Assembly (NCBI GenBank): GCA_904394975.1
Contig: CAJFNQ010000017.1
Coordinates: forward strand, 91,641 to 155,640
From: Candidatus Metaruminococcus gallistercoris
Lineage (GTDB): Bacteria > Bacillota > Clostridia > Oscillospirales > Ruminococcaceae
Direction: 5' to 3'
Length of the DNA: 64,000 nt
The translations under genes and the position numbers were made by a program. Position 1 is the stretch's first letter. Every line of letters starts with the position of its first letter. The notes beneath the pieces are model-generated. The model was given only the letters and a program-made list of their open reading frames with translations. It was not told where the DNA came from and did not search any database. This document shows, piece by piece, positions 9,347 to 16,796 of this stretch.

Positions 9347-10369
9347 ATGCCAAACGTCACACTTGGAAAAACAGGATTAATCGTCAATAAAAACAGTTTC
9401 GGTGCCTTGCCAATCCAGCGTATTACAAAAGAAGAAGCAGCTGTTATTTTAAAAAAAGCTTACCATAACGGAGTAAACTTTTTTGATACGGCTGTTGGTT
9501 ATTCCGACAGCGAAGAAAAAATAGGCTATGCTCTTTCGGATGTACGTGATCATATTTATATCGCCACCAAAACTCCTTCAAAAAATGCGGAAGATTTTTG
9601 GAAGGACCTTGAGAAAAGTCTTTCTCGATTAAAGACTGACCACATCGATGTATATCAGTTTCACAATCCTCCGTTCTGCCCGAAACCCGGAGACGGCACA
9701 GGATTGTATGAAGCGATGCTGGAAGCAAAAAAACAGGGTAAAATTCGTTTCATCGGCATTACCAATCATCGTTTGCCGGTTGCAATTGAAGCGGTTGAAT
9801 CCGGTCTTTACGATACCTTGCAGTTTCCGTTCAGTTATCTCGCCAGCGAAAAAGATATTGATCTTGTAAAACTTTGCAAAAAGCACAATGTCGGCTTTAT
9901 CGCAATGAAAGGCATGTCTGGCGGAATTATTACAAATAGTGCCGCCGCTTACGCATTTATGAATCAATTTGATAACGTTGTTCCGATTTGGGGAATTCAA
10001 AGAGAATCAGAGCTGGATGAATTTATTTCCTATCAGGACAACCCTCCTGCGATGGACGGTGAAATCGCCGATTTAATTGAAAAAGATAAAAAGGAGCTGT
10101 CGGGCAACTTCTGCCGCGGCTGCGCTTATTGTGAACCCTGCCCCGCCGGAATTCAAATTTCTTTAAGCGCGCGTATGATGTGGATGTTACGCCGCGCTCC
10201 CAGCCAGAATTTCACTACACCTGAATGGCAGGAAAAAATGGAACGCATTGCTAACTGCATCCACTGCAATCATTGTGTTCGTCATTGCCCATATAGTTTA
10301 AACACCCCTGCTCTTCTGGCACAAAACCTAAAGGATTACCGCGCTTATATCAAAGAGCATAATCTGTAA
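9347..10369 (+). CDS. Aldo/keto reductase fused to a C-terminal 4Fe-4S cluster domain
   Basis: AKR N-terminus (LGKTGLIVNKNSFGALP) plus CRGCAYCEPCP and CIHCNHCVRHCP ferredoxin-type motifs. AGGAGGAG SD. Confidence 0.85.
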   Translation: MPNVTLGKTGLIVNKNSFGALPIQRITKEEAAVILKKAYHNGVNFFDTAVGYSDSEEKIGYALSDVRDHIYIATKTPSKNAEDFWKDLEKSLSRLKTDHIDVYQFHNPPFCPKPGDGTGLYEAMLEAKKQGKIRFIGITNHRLPVAIEAVESGLYDTLQFPFSYLASEKDIDLVKLCKKHNVGFIAMKGMSGGIITNSAAAYAFMNQFDNVVPIWGIQRESELDEFISYQDNPPAMDGEIADLIEKDKKELSGNFCRGCAYCEPCPAGIQISLSARMMWMLRRAPSQNFTTPEWQEKMERIANCIHCNHCVRHCPYSLNTPALLAQNLKDYRAYIKEHNL

Positions 10370-10413
10370 ATCGCGTTAAATATTAACGGATATACGATAT
10401 TCTTCAATAGAAC

Positions 10414-10459
10414 AAAAAAAGACGGAAAGCAGTGTATTCTGCTTTCCGTCTTCGTCTTT
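10414..10459. terminator. Bidirectional intrinsic terminator
   Basis: 12-bp stem GACGGAAAGCAG/CTGCTTTCCGTC with an A-run on one side and T-rich sequence on the other. Confidence 0.8.
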
Positions 10460-10469
10460 AAAATGAAAT

Positions 10470-12461
10470 TTAATTTCTCATCAATTTGTCAGGCTCATAC
10501 TTGTTAGTAAACAAAACGGTGATGACCGCGGGAATAGTTACTGATAATACAGAAACAATAAACAGCATGAAAAAAAGCTTCCAGTTCATTAAAATCAATT
10601 GCTGATGAAACAGAATATCATTTGTCAGAATCATTAAAAGTACAGTAAACAAAAGAGAGATCACAAAGATTTTAACTGCTTCCCAGACCGATTCTACTAC
10701 GATTAGCCGGTACACAGCAACTCGTGTCGCTCCATTCGCTTTCAAAATGCAAATTTCATATTTTCTCTGCTGAGTTTCATGGATTCGAACCACCGTTACC
10801 ATAAAGAAAACGATTATAACAATCGCGATTGAAACGATTGTCATCGCAATGCGAGTCTCCTGAATACTTGTTGTCATAGTTTCAAAATCCTGATAACGAT
10901 TATACACCAACCAGTTTGAATCCAGCTCGCGGATTGCCATTTTGGCAGATTCCACCTCATCGTATCTGCCAACAACCGCCCAACAAGCACTTGGTGCCCA
11001 CGCAGATTCATTTTCTTCAAATGTTTCGGTCTCATTTTCTTTCAAAAGTGCTGAGAGCCGCTGATAAGGAACATAAATCACCATGTTTCCTGATTCAGAA
11101 TAACTGTTTTCAAAAGTTCCAGCCAATATTCCACGAACAGAAACATTAATTGTGTCAGATTGGGTAACAGCCAGATCGATTGATATACCACCCTGTTCAA
11201 TGTTTTTCAATTTCGTTGGTACTTTCAGTGATAACGTCAATTTGGTTTTATCCAGATCATCCAATCCCAGTTCCTGTGCAACTAGATAAGAAACATAAAC
11301 GCCATCTTCCTCTGATATTGTTTCATCCAGAACAATTGACTTTTGGTCCATTAACTGATCGCTGTAATATGGTACAACATAGTAACTGATGCGCTTGCCG
11401 TTTATGTCCTGCCCCTGTATTTCATAATACGGGATAACATTGCGAATCCAGGTCAGTTTTCTGATCTTTTGGTATGCATCTTCATCAAACGGAGCATCCC
11501 AAGGATCAAACATTGCCTTTGTACGCTGTTTTTCGCCATTTGTATTGGTCGCGTTGACAACAAAGATTTCCCGGTCTGAAATGCGGTTCATCAGATAATC
11601 CTGATTTGCAACGAAATTTTGGCCAAAGTCTGAACAAAGCGAGACAAACGAAACCGCAAGCGCACAAAATAAAACAATCAGGCAATTGCGCAATCTGTTT
11701 TTCCGACTTTTTGCATTTATATAATGTGCGTAAAATCCGAATGAATAATTCGTCTTATGCTCTTTACTCTCGCTTTTTTCCATCTCCAAATCATTATTTA
11801 AATCGCCGGATAAGACAACACGGCGGTCCGTTATTTGATACAGAACATCCGCACGATGATAAATATCGGGATCATGTGTAGCAATGACTACCATTTTATG
11901 TTGCTCATGCGCAATCTTCCAAAGCAGATCAAAAACCATATCCGCATTTTGTTTATCCAAGGCGGATGTCGGCTCGTCCGCAATAATCAGATCCGGGTTT
12001 TTAATCAGCGCACAGGCAATTGCGGCACGCTGTCGTTCGCCGCCTGAAAGCTGACGCGGATACATATCTGCCTTATCCCTAAGCCCGATTGTTTCCAGAA
12101 GTTCATCAACACGGCTTCGGCTTTTATCTTGTATCTTCTCAACCATCGAGAGTGAAGTCAACAGATTTTCCCGAACGTTCATGGAATCGATCAGACTGTT
12201 CTGCTGGAACACATAACCGATTCGATATCGCCGGTAGAATGCCTTTTCCCGGTCGTTTTCCGAATCTATCTGTGTCCCGTCAAATACATAAGAATGCCCT
12301 GTTTGAGAAGCAATCAGGCCGATGATGTAAAGAAGAGTGGTTTTTCCGCTTCCGGAAGGACCGGTGATTGCTACGACCTGTCCTTTTGGAAGCGTAAGCG
12401 CGGCGTTTTCAATAACCGACTTATCCCCAAAAGAAATGTTGATATGATCAAGCCGGATCAT
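10470..12461 (-). CDS. ABC transporter, fused ATP-binding domain and FtsX-type permease (MacB architecture), paralog 1
   Basis: N-terminal NBD (GPSGSGKT, LSGGERQR, LIIADEPT, ATHD), one TM helix, an extracytoplasmic domain of about 260 aa, then a C-terminal FtsX-like 3-TM bundle. AAAGAGGTG SD before the ATG at 12461. The ORF track starts at GTG 12470. Confidence 0.85.
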   Translation of the reverse strand: MIRLDHINISFGDKSVIENAALTLPKGQVVAITGPSGSGKTTLLYIIGLIASQTGHSYVFDGTQIDSENDREKAFYRRYRIGYVFQQNSLIDSMNVRENLLTSLSMVEKIQDKSRSRVDELLETIGLRDKADMYPRQLSGGERQRAAIACALIKNPDLIIADEPTSALDKQNADMVFDLLWKIAHEQHKMVVIATHDPDIYHRADVLYQITDRRVVLSGDLNNDLEMEKSESKEHKTNYSFGFYAHYINAKSRKNRLRNCLIVLFCALAVSFVSLCSDFGQNFVANQDYLMNRISDREIFVVNATNTNGEKQRTKAMFDPWDAPFDEDAYQKIRKLTWIRNVIPYYEIQGQDINGKRISYYVVPYYSDQLMDQKSIVLDETISEEDGVYVSYLVAQELGLDDLDKTKLTLSLKVPTKLKNIEQGGISIDLAVTQSDTINVSVRGILAGTFENSYSESGNMVIYVPYQRLSALLKENETETFEENESAWAPSACWAVVGRYDEVESAKMAIRELDSNWLVYNRYQDFETMTTSIQETRIAMTIVSIAIVIIVFFMVTVVRIHETQQRKYEICILKANGATRVAVYRLIVVESVWEAVKIFVISLLFTVLLMILTNDILFHQQLILMNWKLFFMLFIVSVLSVTIPAVITVLFTNKYEPDKLMRN

Positions 12462-12489
12462 AGTATTCACCTCTTTCCTTTTTATAAAG

Positions 12490-12525
12490 GAACAAAAAGG
12501 CCGCTTTTATTTTGCGGCCTTTTTC
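12490..12525 (-). terminator. Intrinsic terminator between the two ABC genes
   Basis: On the minus strand: GGCCGC-AAAATAAAA-GCGGCC followed by TTTTTGTT. It lies 10 nt after the ABC2 stop and about 30 nt before the ABC1 start. Confidence 0.7.
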
Positions 12526-12534
12526 CTTACCTGT

Positions 12535-14706
12535 CTAATTTCTCATGATAACATCGGGCTCGTATTTATTGGTCAGCACAAGCGAAATGACAGATGGTAA
12601 AACCACCGAACCAATGGAAATGAGCAGCAGCCACAACAGCGTGTCCGCTCCAAAGAAAAATCCTTCTACGATCCGTGAAGCCACTGCATATGTTCCATAT
12701 GCTAGAATCAGTGAAACCACAAAAGTCGCCACAGCCTGCAGCACCATTTCGGTCATGACCAATTTCCACACTTCTTTCCGGGTCATTCCATTTGCGCGAA
12801 GCATGGCAAATTCGTACTTTCTGCGGTCAATGATGTTGACATAAACGATTGCGGAAAGACAAAGAACAACGACAAGTACTGCCAGTGAAATATACAAAGC
12901 CACATTTTGGGTGTTTTCTGTCGATTCGGTCACAGCATGGTAATCCTGATACTCCTGTACCACGTCGATGTCAGGAGCAATTTTTGCGATTTCCGCTTTT
13001 ACTGCATCAATGTTCGCAACATCGTCTACTCTTAAATAATACGCCCAAGGACGCCAATTAAAGTAATCATGTTCTGACAAATCGGGATATAATTCACGAA
13101 GCATTTCTGGTATTTCCGTTAACGTGTTCTTGTCAATACATTCCTGAAGTATTGCGCAGGGAGCATAAACATATGCACCCATATTAAATGAAGCTGCATT
13201 TGTATATATACCTCTTACAGGCAGCGTAATCGTATCTCTTACACACCAATCCGTTGACATCGTAAAGTCATATTCTTGTCCCTCAGATGTCGTTCCTGAA
13301 GCAGTACTTTCAAATCTTTTAGCGGGTACATAAACATCTAGTGTTATAACAAGTCCCAGCACATCATCTTCAGAAATATCAATTCCAAGCGCCGTTGCTA
13401 ATTCCATGGGAATATATGCACCCTTACCAGCTTCGACTCTGGGATTAATTACTTTGCTTCCCAATTCATAAGTGCCATAACTCAAATAAGAAGATATGAC
13501 ATAATAACCTTGGCTGACTGGATATTCTTGTTGCAAATCATTATATTCAGTTTCGCTGAGCATTTGAGTTGTAAACCCAAATACACCTGTTTTTCCATTT
13601 TCATTTTCATATGAAATATAAAACGGCGGCAAGATACTTTCCGAGAGCTCATCTTCGCCAATCGCCGAAATACCTCCGTTCCCAAAACTGATTAGCGGAG
13701 CCGAAGCTTCAACAAATTCAATGTTTTTAAGCTGTTCAATTTCTTCATCAGTCAAGGAAATCGATCTCGAATCATTGGCACCGTTCCCGTAGATCGGATC
13801 GCCTTGCTTTACAGCCAAAAGTTCTCTGTTAGAAATAGATTGGTAATTCTCCTGCTGTCGCTTGCTGAAATCCTTCACATACCCGGCACTCAGTGCTGTA
13901 ACCGCAATAGACGCCGCGCAAACGATCACAGTAAGGTATTTCAGCAGCTGTCCTTTTCTTGCGCTCTTGCGCAAATACCATAGGTTCAGCCAAAATCCGC
14001 TTGTTTTCCTTTGTGCCTTCTCTTCCTTTTGTTCCGCTTCTTCCGGCTCTTCCGCAACACCCTTTATCAGCACCGCTTTTTTGTCCCGAATCTCATACAC
14101 TACCTCACACTGTTCCAGTACGACCGGGCTGTGTGTGGCTATGATAACTGTCTTCCCCGCTTTTGCCGCCGCTTTTAACAAGCTGAGAATTTCCATGGTA
14201 TTAGCTTCATCCAGTGATGAAGTCGGTTCGTCCGCAAGGATCAGCTCCGGTTCTTTTGCCAGCGCACACGCGAGCGCCGCCCTTTGCTGTTCCCCTCCGG
14301 ACAGGGTGTTCGGCCATTCCTTTCCGCGCCCCTCCAGGCCGACCTGTCTTAGCAATTCCTCCATACGGGCGTCTCCGGTATCCGCCCCCGCAAGGGCGGC
14401 GGACAGCCGGATGTTTTCCTGTACGGTCAGCCTTGTGTTCAGGTTGTTTTCCTGAAACACATAGCCGATCTTTGTTTTCCGGATCTCCCCTTTTTCTTGT
14501 TCCGACCAGAGATCCACATGTTTTCCATTGAGCTCGTACTCATAATCCAAATTGGAGGAGATCAACCCCGCACAGTACAGCAATGTTGTTTTTCCGCTGC
14601 CGGACGGACCAGTTAACGCTGTCAGTTTTCCGGACGGCGCCGTAAGGGTGCCGTCTTCGATGACACGTTCTTGGAACGCAATCTGTATTCCTTTCAGCCT
14701 TAACAT
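12535..14706 (-). CDS. ABC transporter, fused ATP-binding domain and FtsX-type permease (MacB architecture), paralog 2
   Basis: NBD motifs GPSGSGKT, LSGGEQQR, LILADEPT, ATHS. Long extracytoplasmic domain. C-terminal FtsX bundle ending TNKYEPDVIMRN (paralog 1 ends TNKYEPDKLMRN). GGAG SD before the ATG at 14706. The ORF track starts at GTG 14715. Confidence 0.85.
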   Translation of the reverse strand: MLRLKGIQIAFQERVIEDGTLTAPSGKLTALTGPSGSGKTTLLYCAGLISSNLDYEYELNGKHVDLWSEQEKGEIRKTKIGYVFQENNLNTRLTVQENIRLSAALAGADTGDARMEELLRQVGLEGRGKEWPNTLSGGEQQRAALACALAKEPELILADEPTSSLDEANTMEILSLLKAAAKAGKTVIIATHSPVVLEQCEVVYEIRDKKAVLIKGVAEEPEEAEQKEEKAQRKTSGFWLNLWYLRKSARKGQLLKYLTVIVCAASIAVTALSAGYVKDFSKRQQENYQSISNRELLAVKQGDPIYGNGANDSRSISLTDEEIEQLKNIEFVEASAPLISFGNGGISAIGEDELSESILPPFYISYENENGKTGVFGFTTQMLSETEYNDLQQEYPVSQGYYVISSYLSYGTYELGSKVINPRVEAGKGAYIPMELATALGIDISEDDVLGLVITLDVYVPAKRFESTASGTTSEGQEYDFTMSTDWCVRDTITLPVRGIYTNAASFNMGAYVYAPCAILQECIDKNTLTEIPEMLRELYPDLSEHDYFNWRPWAYYLRVDDVANIDAVKAEIAKIAPDIDVVQEYQDYHAVTESTENTQNVALYISLAVLVVVLCLSAIVYVNIIDRRKYEFAMLRANGMTRKEVWKLVMTEMVLQAVATFVVSLILAYGTYAVASRIVEGFFFGADTLLWLLLISIGSVVLPSVISLVLTNKYEPDVIMRN

Positions 14707-14755
14707 CCGCCTCACTCCTTTAGATTATGCTTTATTTTTTGTTTTAAAAGTTTGT

Positions 14756-15166
14756 TCAATTATATGTTGGATGTCCAAAGTTATACGAATTAGAAATAAG
14801 ATTATTTCCTGAATTACTCCATGTATGTCTCATAACAACCAATGGAGCAGTGGAAAGTTTCAGATTGTTTCCATATACTTTTATAGAAACTACATTGCCA
14901 AACGCTTGATTACCTGTTTTAGATGCTGATACCGATACATCCGCTCCCGTACCGTTTGATGCCCGAAACGAAGATGATGTAACAATACTTGAGCTATTCG
15001 GCATAGAAGTTAAATAGCCTGTAAAACCCGTTCCATTCACAGAAAACCAATCATTGGTTGTGACAGGACTTTGTACAACAGCTGTTGCTAAAAACATTGA
15101 GGAAAAAAGCAACATAGTAGTACTAAGAACTGCGACCATTATATGTTTTAACCGTTTTGTACTCAT
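14756..15166 (-). CDS. Small secreted protein of unknown function (Ser/Thr/Asn-rich, signal peptide)
   Basis: AAAGGAG SD before the ATG at 15166. MSTKRLKHIMVAVLSTTMLLFSSMFLATAVV is a signal peptide. No terminator before the ABC gene 49 nt downstream. Confidence 0.7.
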   Translation of the reverse strand: MSTKRLKHIMVAVLSTTMLLFSSMFLATAVVQSPVTTNDWFSVNGTGFTGYLTSMPNSSSIVTSSSFRASNGTGADVSVSASKTGNQAFGNVVSIKVYGNNLKLSTAPLVVMRHTWSNSGNNLISNSYNFGHPTYN

Positions 15167-15196
15167 TTTTATACTCCTTTCATTTTTGATATTCAC

Positions 15197-15214
15197 TTAA
15201 AAATAAACGCCCAT
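15197..15214 (-). promoter_or_regulatory. Leader mini-ORF MGVYF* with its own SD (GAAGGTG)
   Basis: Minus strand reads GAAGGTGATTCCA-ATG-GGC-GTT-TAT-TTT-TAA, ending 30 nt upstream of the main ATG. It is homologous to the element at 15815-15835. Confidence 0.4.
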
Positions 15215-15246
15215 TGGAATCACCTTCAGTATTATTTGTTAGCAAT

Positions 15247-15275
15247 ATAATAACATATTTTTTCATATTTATAAA
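15247..15275 (-). promoter_or_regulatory. Candidate sigma-A promoter (TTTATA-17-TGtTATTAT, extended -10)
   Basis: Read on the minus strand. A positional homolog of the promoter at 15880-15908. Confidence 0.5.
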
Positions 15276-15343
15276 TAAATTTTATATAAAATTACAATAT
15301 TTATTTAACAAAATATTTCAAGAAGATTTATGTAATATCGTCT

Positions 15344-15778
15344 TTATTCAGAAACATCCAATATTTCTGTGTAAAGCTCCTCTCCGGTGGAATAGGAATA
15401 CCAGGTTACTTTACACCGGGTATCCGACAACCATTCCTGTTCGACGATCTTGGCAGGCCAAGGCCGCATCCTTACGGGTTCGTCGTATAAGTACGCGGTA
15501 AGAAGGAATCCGCGTACTTTGTTGTCAAATTGAAATTTGTCAATCGTTGTAGAGAGGCCGGTCATGGATGAAACCGTAAAAGTTGACCATTCTACCTTGT
15601 CGTTTTCTCCTATCGAAGAAGAGATGACAGCACGGAAGGAACTGCTTCCAACTGCATAATCACGTACACTTACCACTTCGTTTGGTTCTTCTGCCACTGC
15701 CGGAACCGTCATAACAATCCCCAGCAGGAAAATAAGCAAAAGCGGTAATAATCTTTTTTTCAGTCTTGAGGCACACAT
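15344..15778 (-). CDS. Small secreted protein of unknown function (signal peptide, AVA-EEP cleavage-like site)
   Basis: GGAGG SD 7 nt before the ATG. The N-terminus MCASRLKKRLLPLLLIFLLGIVMTVPAVA resembles that of the neighbouring small protein (MxxxRLK). Both share the hexapeptide SSSFRA. Confidence 0.7.
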   Translation of the reverse strand: MCASRLKKRLLPLLLIFLLGIVMTVPAVAEEPNEVVSVRDYAVGSSSFRAVISSSIGENDKVEWSTFTVSSMTGLSTTIDKFQFDNKVRGFLLTAYLYDEPVRMRPWPAKIVEQEWLSDTRCKVTWYSYSTGEELYTEILDVSE

Positions 15779-15814
15779 CGTAATACCTCCTTCGCTTTCA
15801 TCATGTCAATCAAC

Positions 15815-15835
15815 CTATAAACGCATCACGCCCAT
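15815..15835 (-). promoter_or_regulatory. Leader mini-ORF MGVMRL* with its own SD (GGAGG)
   Basis: Minus strand reads GGAGGTTGATTCCA-ATG-GGC-GTG-ATG-CGT-TTA-TAG, ending 36 nt upstream of the main ATG. Confidence 0.4.
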
Positions 15836-15879
15836 TGGAATCAACCTCCAAGTTTTATTTTAGATATTTCTACACATAT

Positions 15880-15908
15880 AAAATAACATAAATTATTAAA
15901 ATTGTAAA
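15880..15908 (-). promoter_or_regulatory. Candidate sigma-A promoter (TTTACA-17-TGtTATTTT)
   Basis: Read on the minus strand. Homologous to the promoter at 15247-15275. Confidence 0.5.
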
Positions 15909-15965
15909 TAAATTTTATGCAAAATGTTAACATTGATGCACGGTCAAATTTTTATATATATAATA

Positions 15966-16018
15966 AAAAACACTCTCTTGCCCGGCAAATACTACCAAAG
16001 CAAAAGAGTGTTTTTTTT
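15966..16018 (-). terminator. Intrinsic terminator after yunB
   Basis: On the minus strand a 10-bp stem CACTCTTTTG/CAAGAGAGTG (one G-U pair) with a 20-nt loop, followed by TTTTTTATTA. Confidence 0.6.
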
Positions 16019-16042
16019 AAATCATTCAGATAACAACATTTT

Positions 16043-16744
16043 TTATTCGCTTTCCATCAGATACGGCAATGCCGTTTCGCTCTGCCCTAAAATTTGTGCA
16101 TATGTATCCGGTACCTTTCCAACAACCATGGTTTCAGCCAAAATATACTCCGTATTGATTACAACATCAGCAGAATAACCCGGAAGGATGGCTTTCGCTT
16201 CGATTTCTGCTTTTAACACAATTTGATGAAGCGTTTGATTGATACCAGCCGATGAAAACCGGCTTTCTGTCACAACACGAACACTGCCAGCCGGAATAAT
16301 TTTAATTTCAACATTCGGACCACGTCCGCTAAGCAATCCATTGCCAAAAAGAGTTCCAAGTGGAATGTAAACCGACTGGTTTTCACCTTTTGAAAGAACA
16401 TCTACAATTTGCTGTGTTACCTGTGTTTGCACACGATTAATAGAAACTGTATTGGATTCAATCGATGTAATCTCTCCGTTTTGGTCGGTTGAAAGAGTTA
16501 CATAACTTTCATAATTTCCTGCTGTCTCCAACACATCGGTAACAGCCTGGTTGATTATACCCGTCATTGCCGTTTTTACTTGATATCCAGCCATGGATGT
16601 AATGACAGGGCGAATGGAGTGATCCAGCCAAATACACAGCAACAGAAGAAAAACGCCAAACCATAATATTTTATATGACTTTTTGGCCGGAGATATAATC
16701 CTTCGCCGATGGATAAACCGCAATCTTCTTCTGTGCCACGCCAT
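16043..16744 (-). CDS. yunB: Sporulation protein YunB
   Basis: Arg-rich N-terminus, a single TM helix, and YunB-like core (IRPVITSMAGYQVKTAMTGIINQAV..., IKIIPAGSV). GGTGGTGAG SD before the ATG at 16744. Confidence 0.85.
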   Translation of the reverse strand: MAWHRRRLRFIHRRRIISPAKKSYKILWFGVFLLLLCIWLDHSIRPVITSMAGYQVKTAMTGIINQAVTDVLETAGNYESYVTLSTDQNGEITSIESNTVSINRVQTQVTQQIVDVLSKGENQSVYIPLGTLFGNGLLSGRGPNVEIKIIPAGSVRVVTESRFSSAGINQTLHQIVLKAEIEAKAILPGYSADVVINTEYILAETMVVGKVPDTYAQILGQSETALPYLMESE

Positions 16745-16796
16745 TTTCTCACCACCACGTTGCAATATATGCCGGATGGTAAAAAAACGTGAATAA

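Noticed and set aside
13862-14531. Plus-strand ORFs of 197, 61 and 105 aa antisense to ABC paralog 2
   Set aside because: They are a by-product of the GC-rich NBD-coding patch. Their translations are Ser/Pro/Ala-rich and they lack translation signals.
15214-15501. 95-aa plus-strand ORF
   Set aside because: It starts in the AT-rich intergenic leader and runs antisense into secreted-protein gene B. It has no SD and an implausible composition.
10370-16042. Direct or inverted repeats delimiting the ABC/secreted-protein block as a mobile island
   Set aside because: I could see no repeats at the two boundaries, and there is no integrase or transposase. Both edges are ordinary terminators. It is treated as an accessory locus, not a mobile element.
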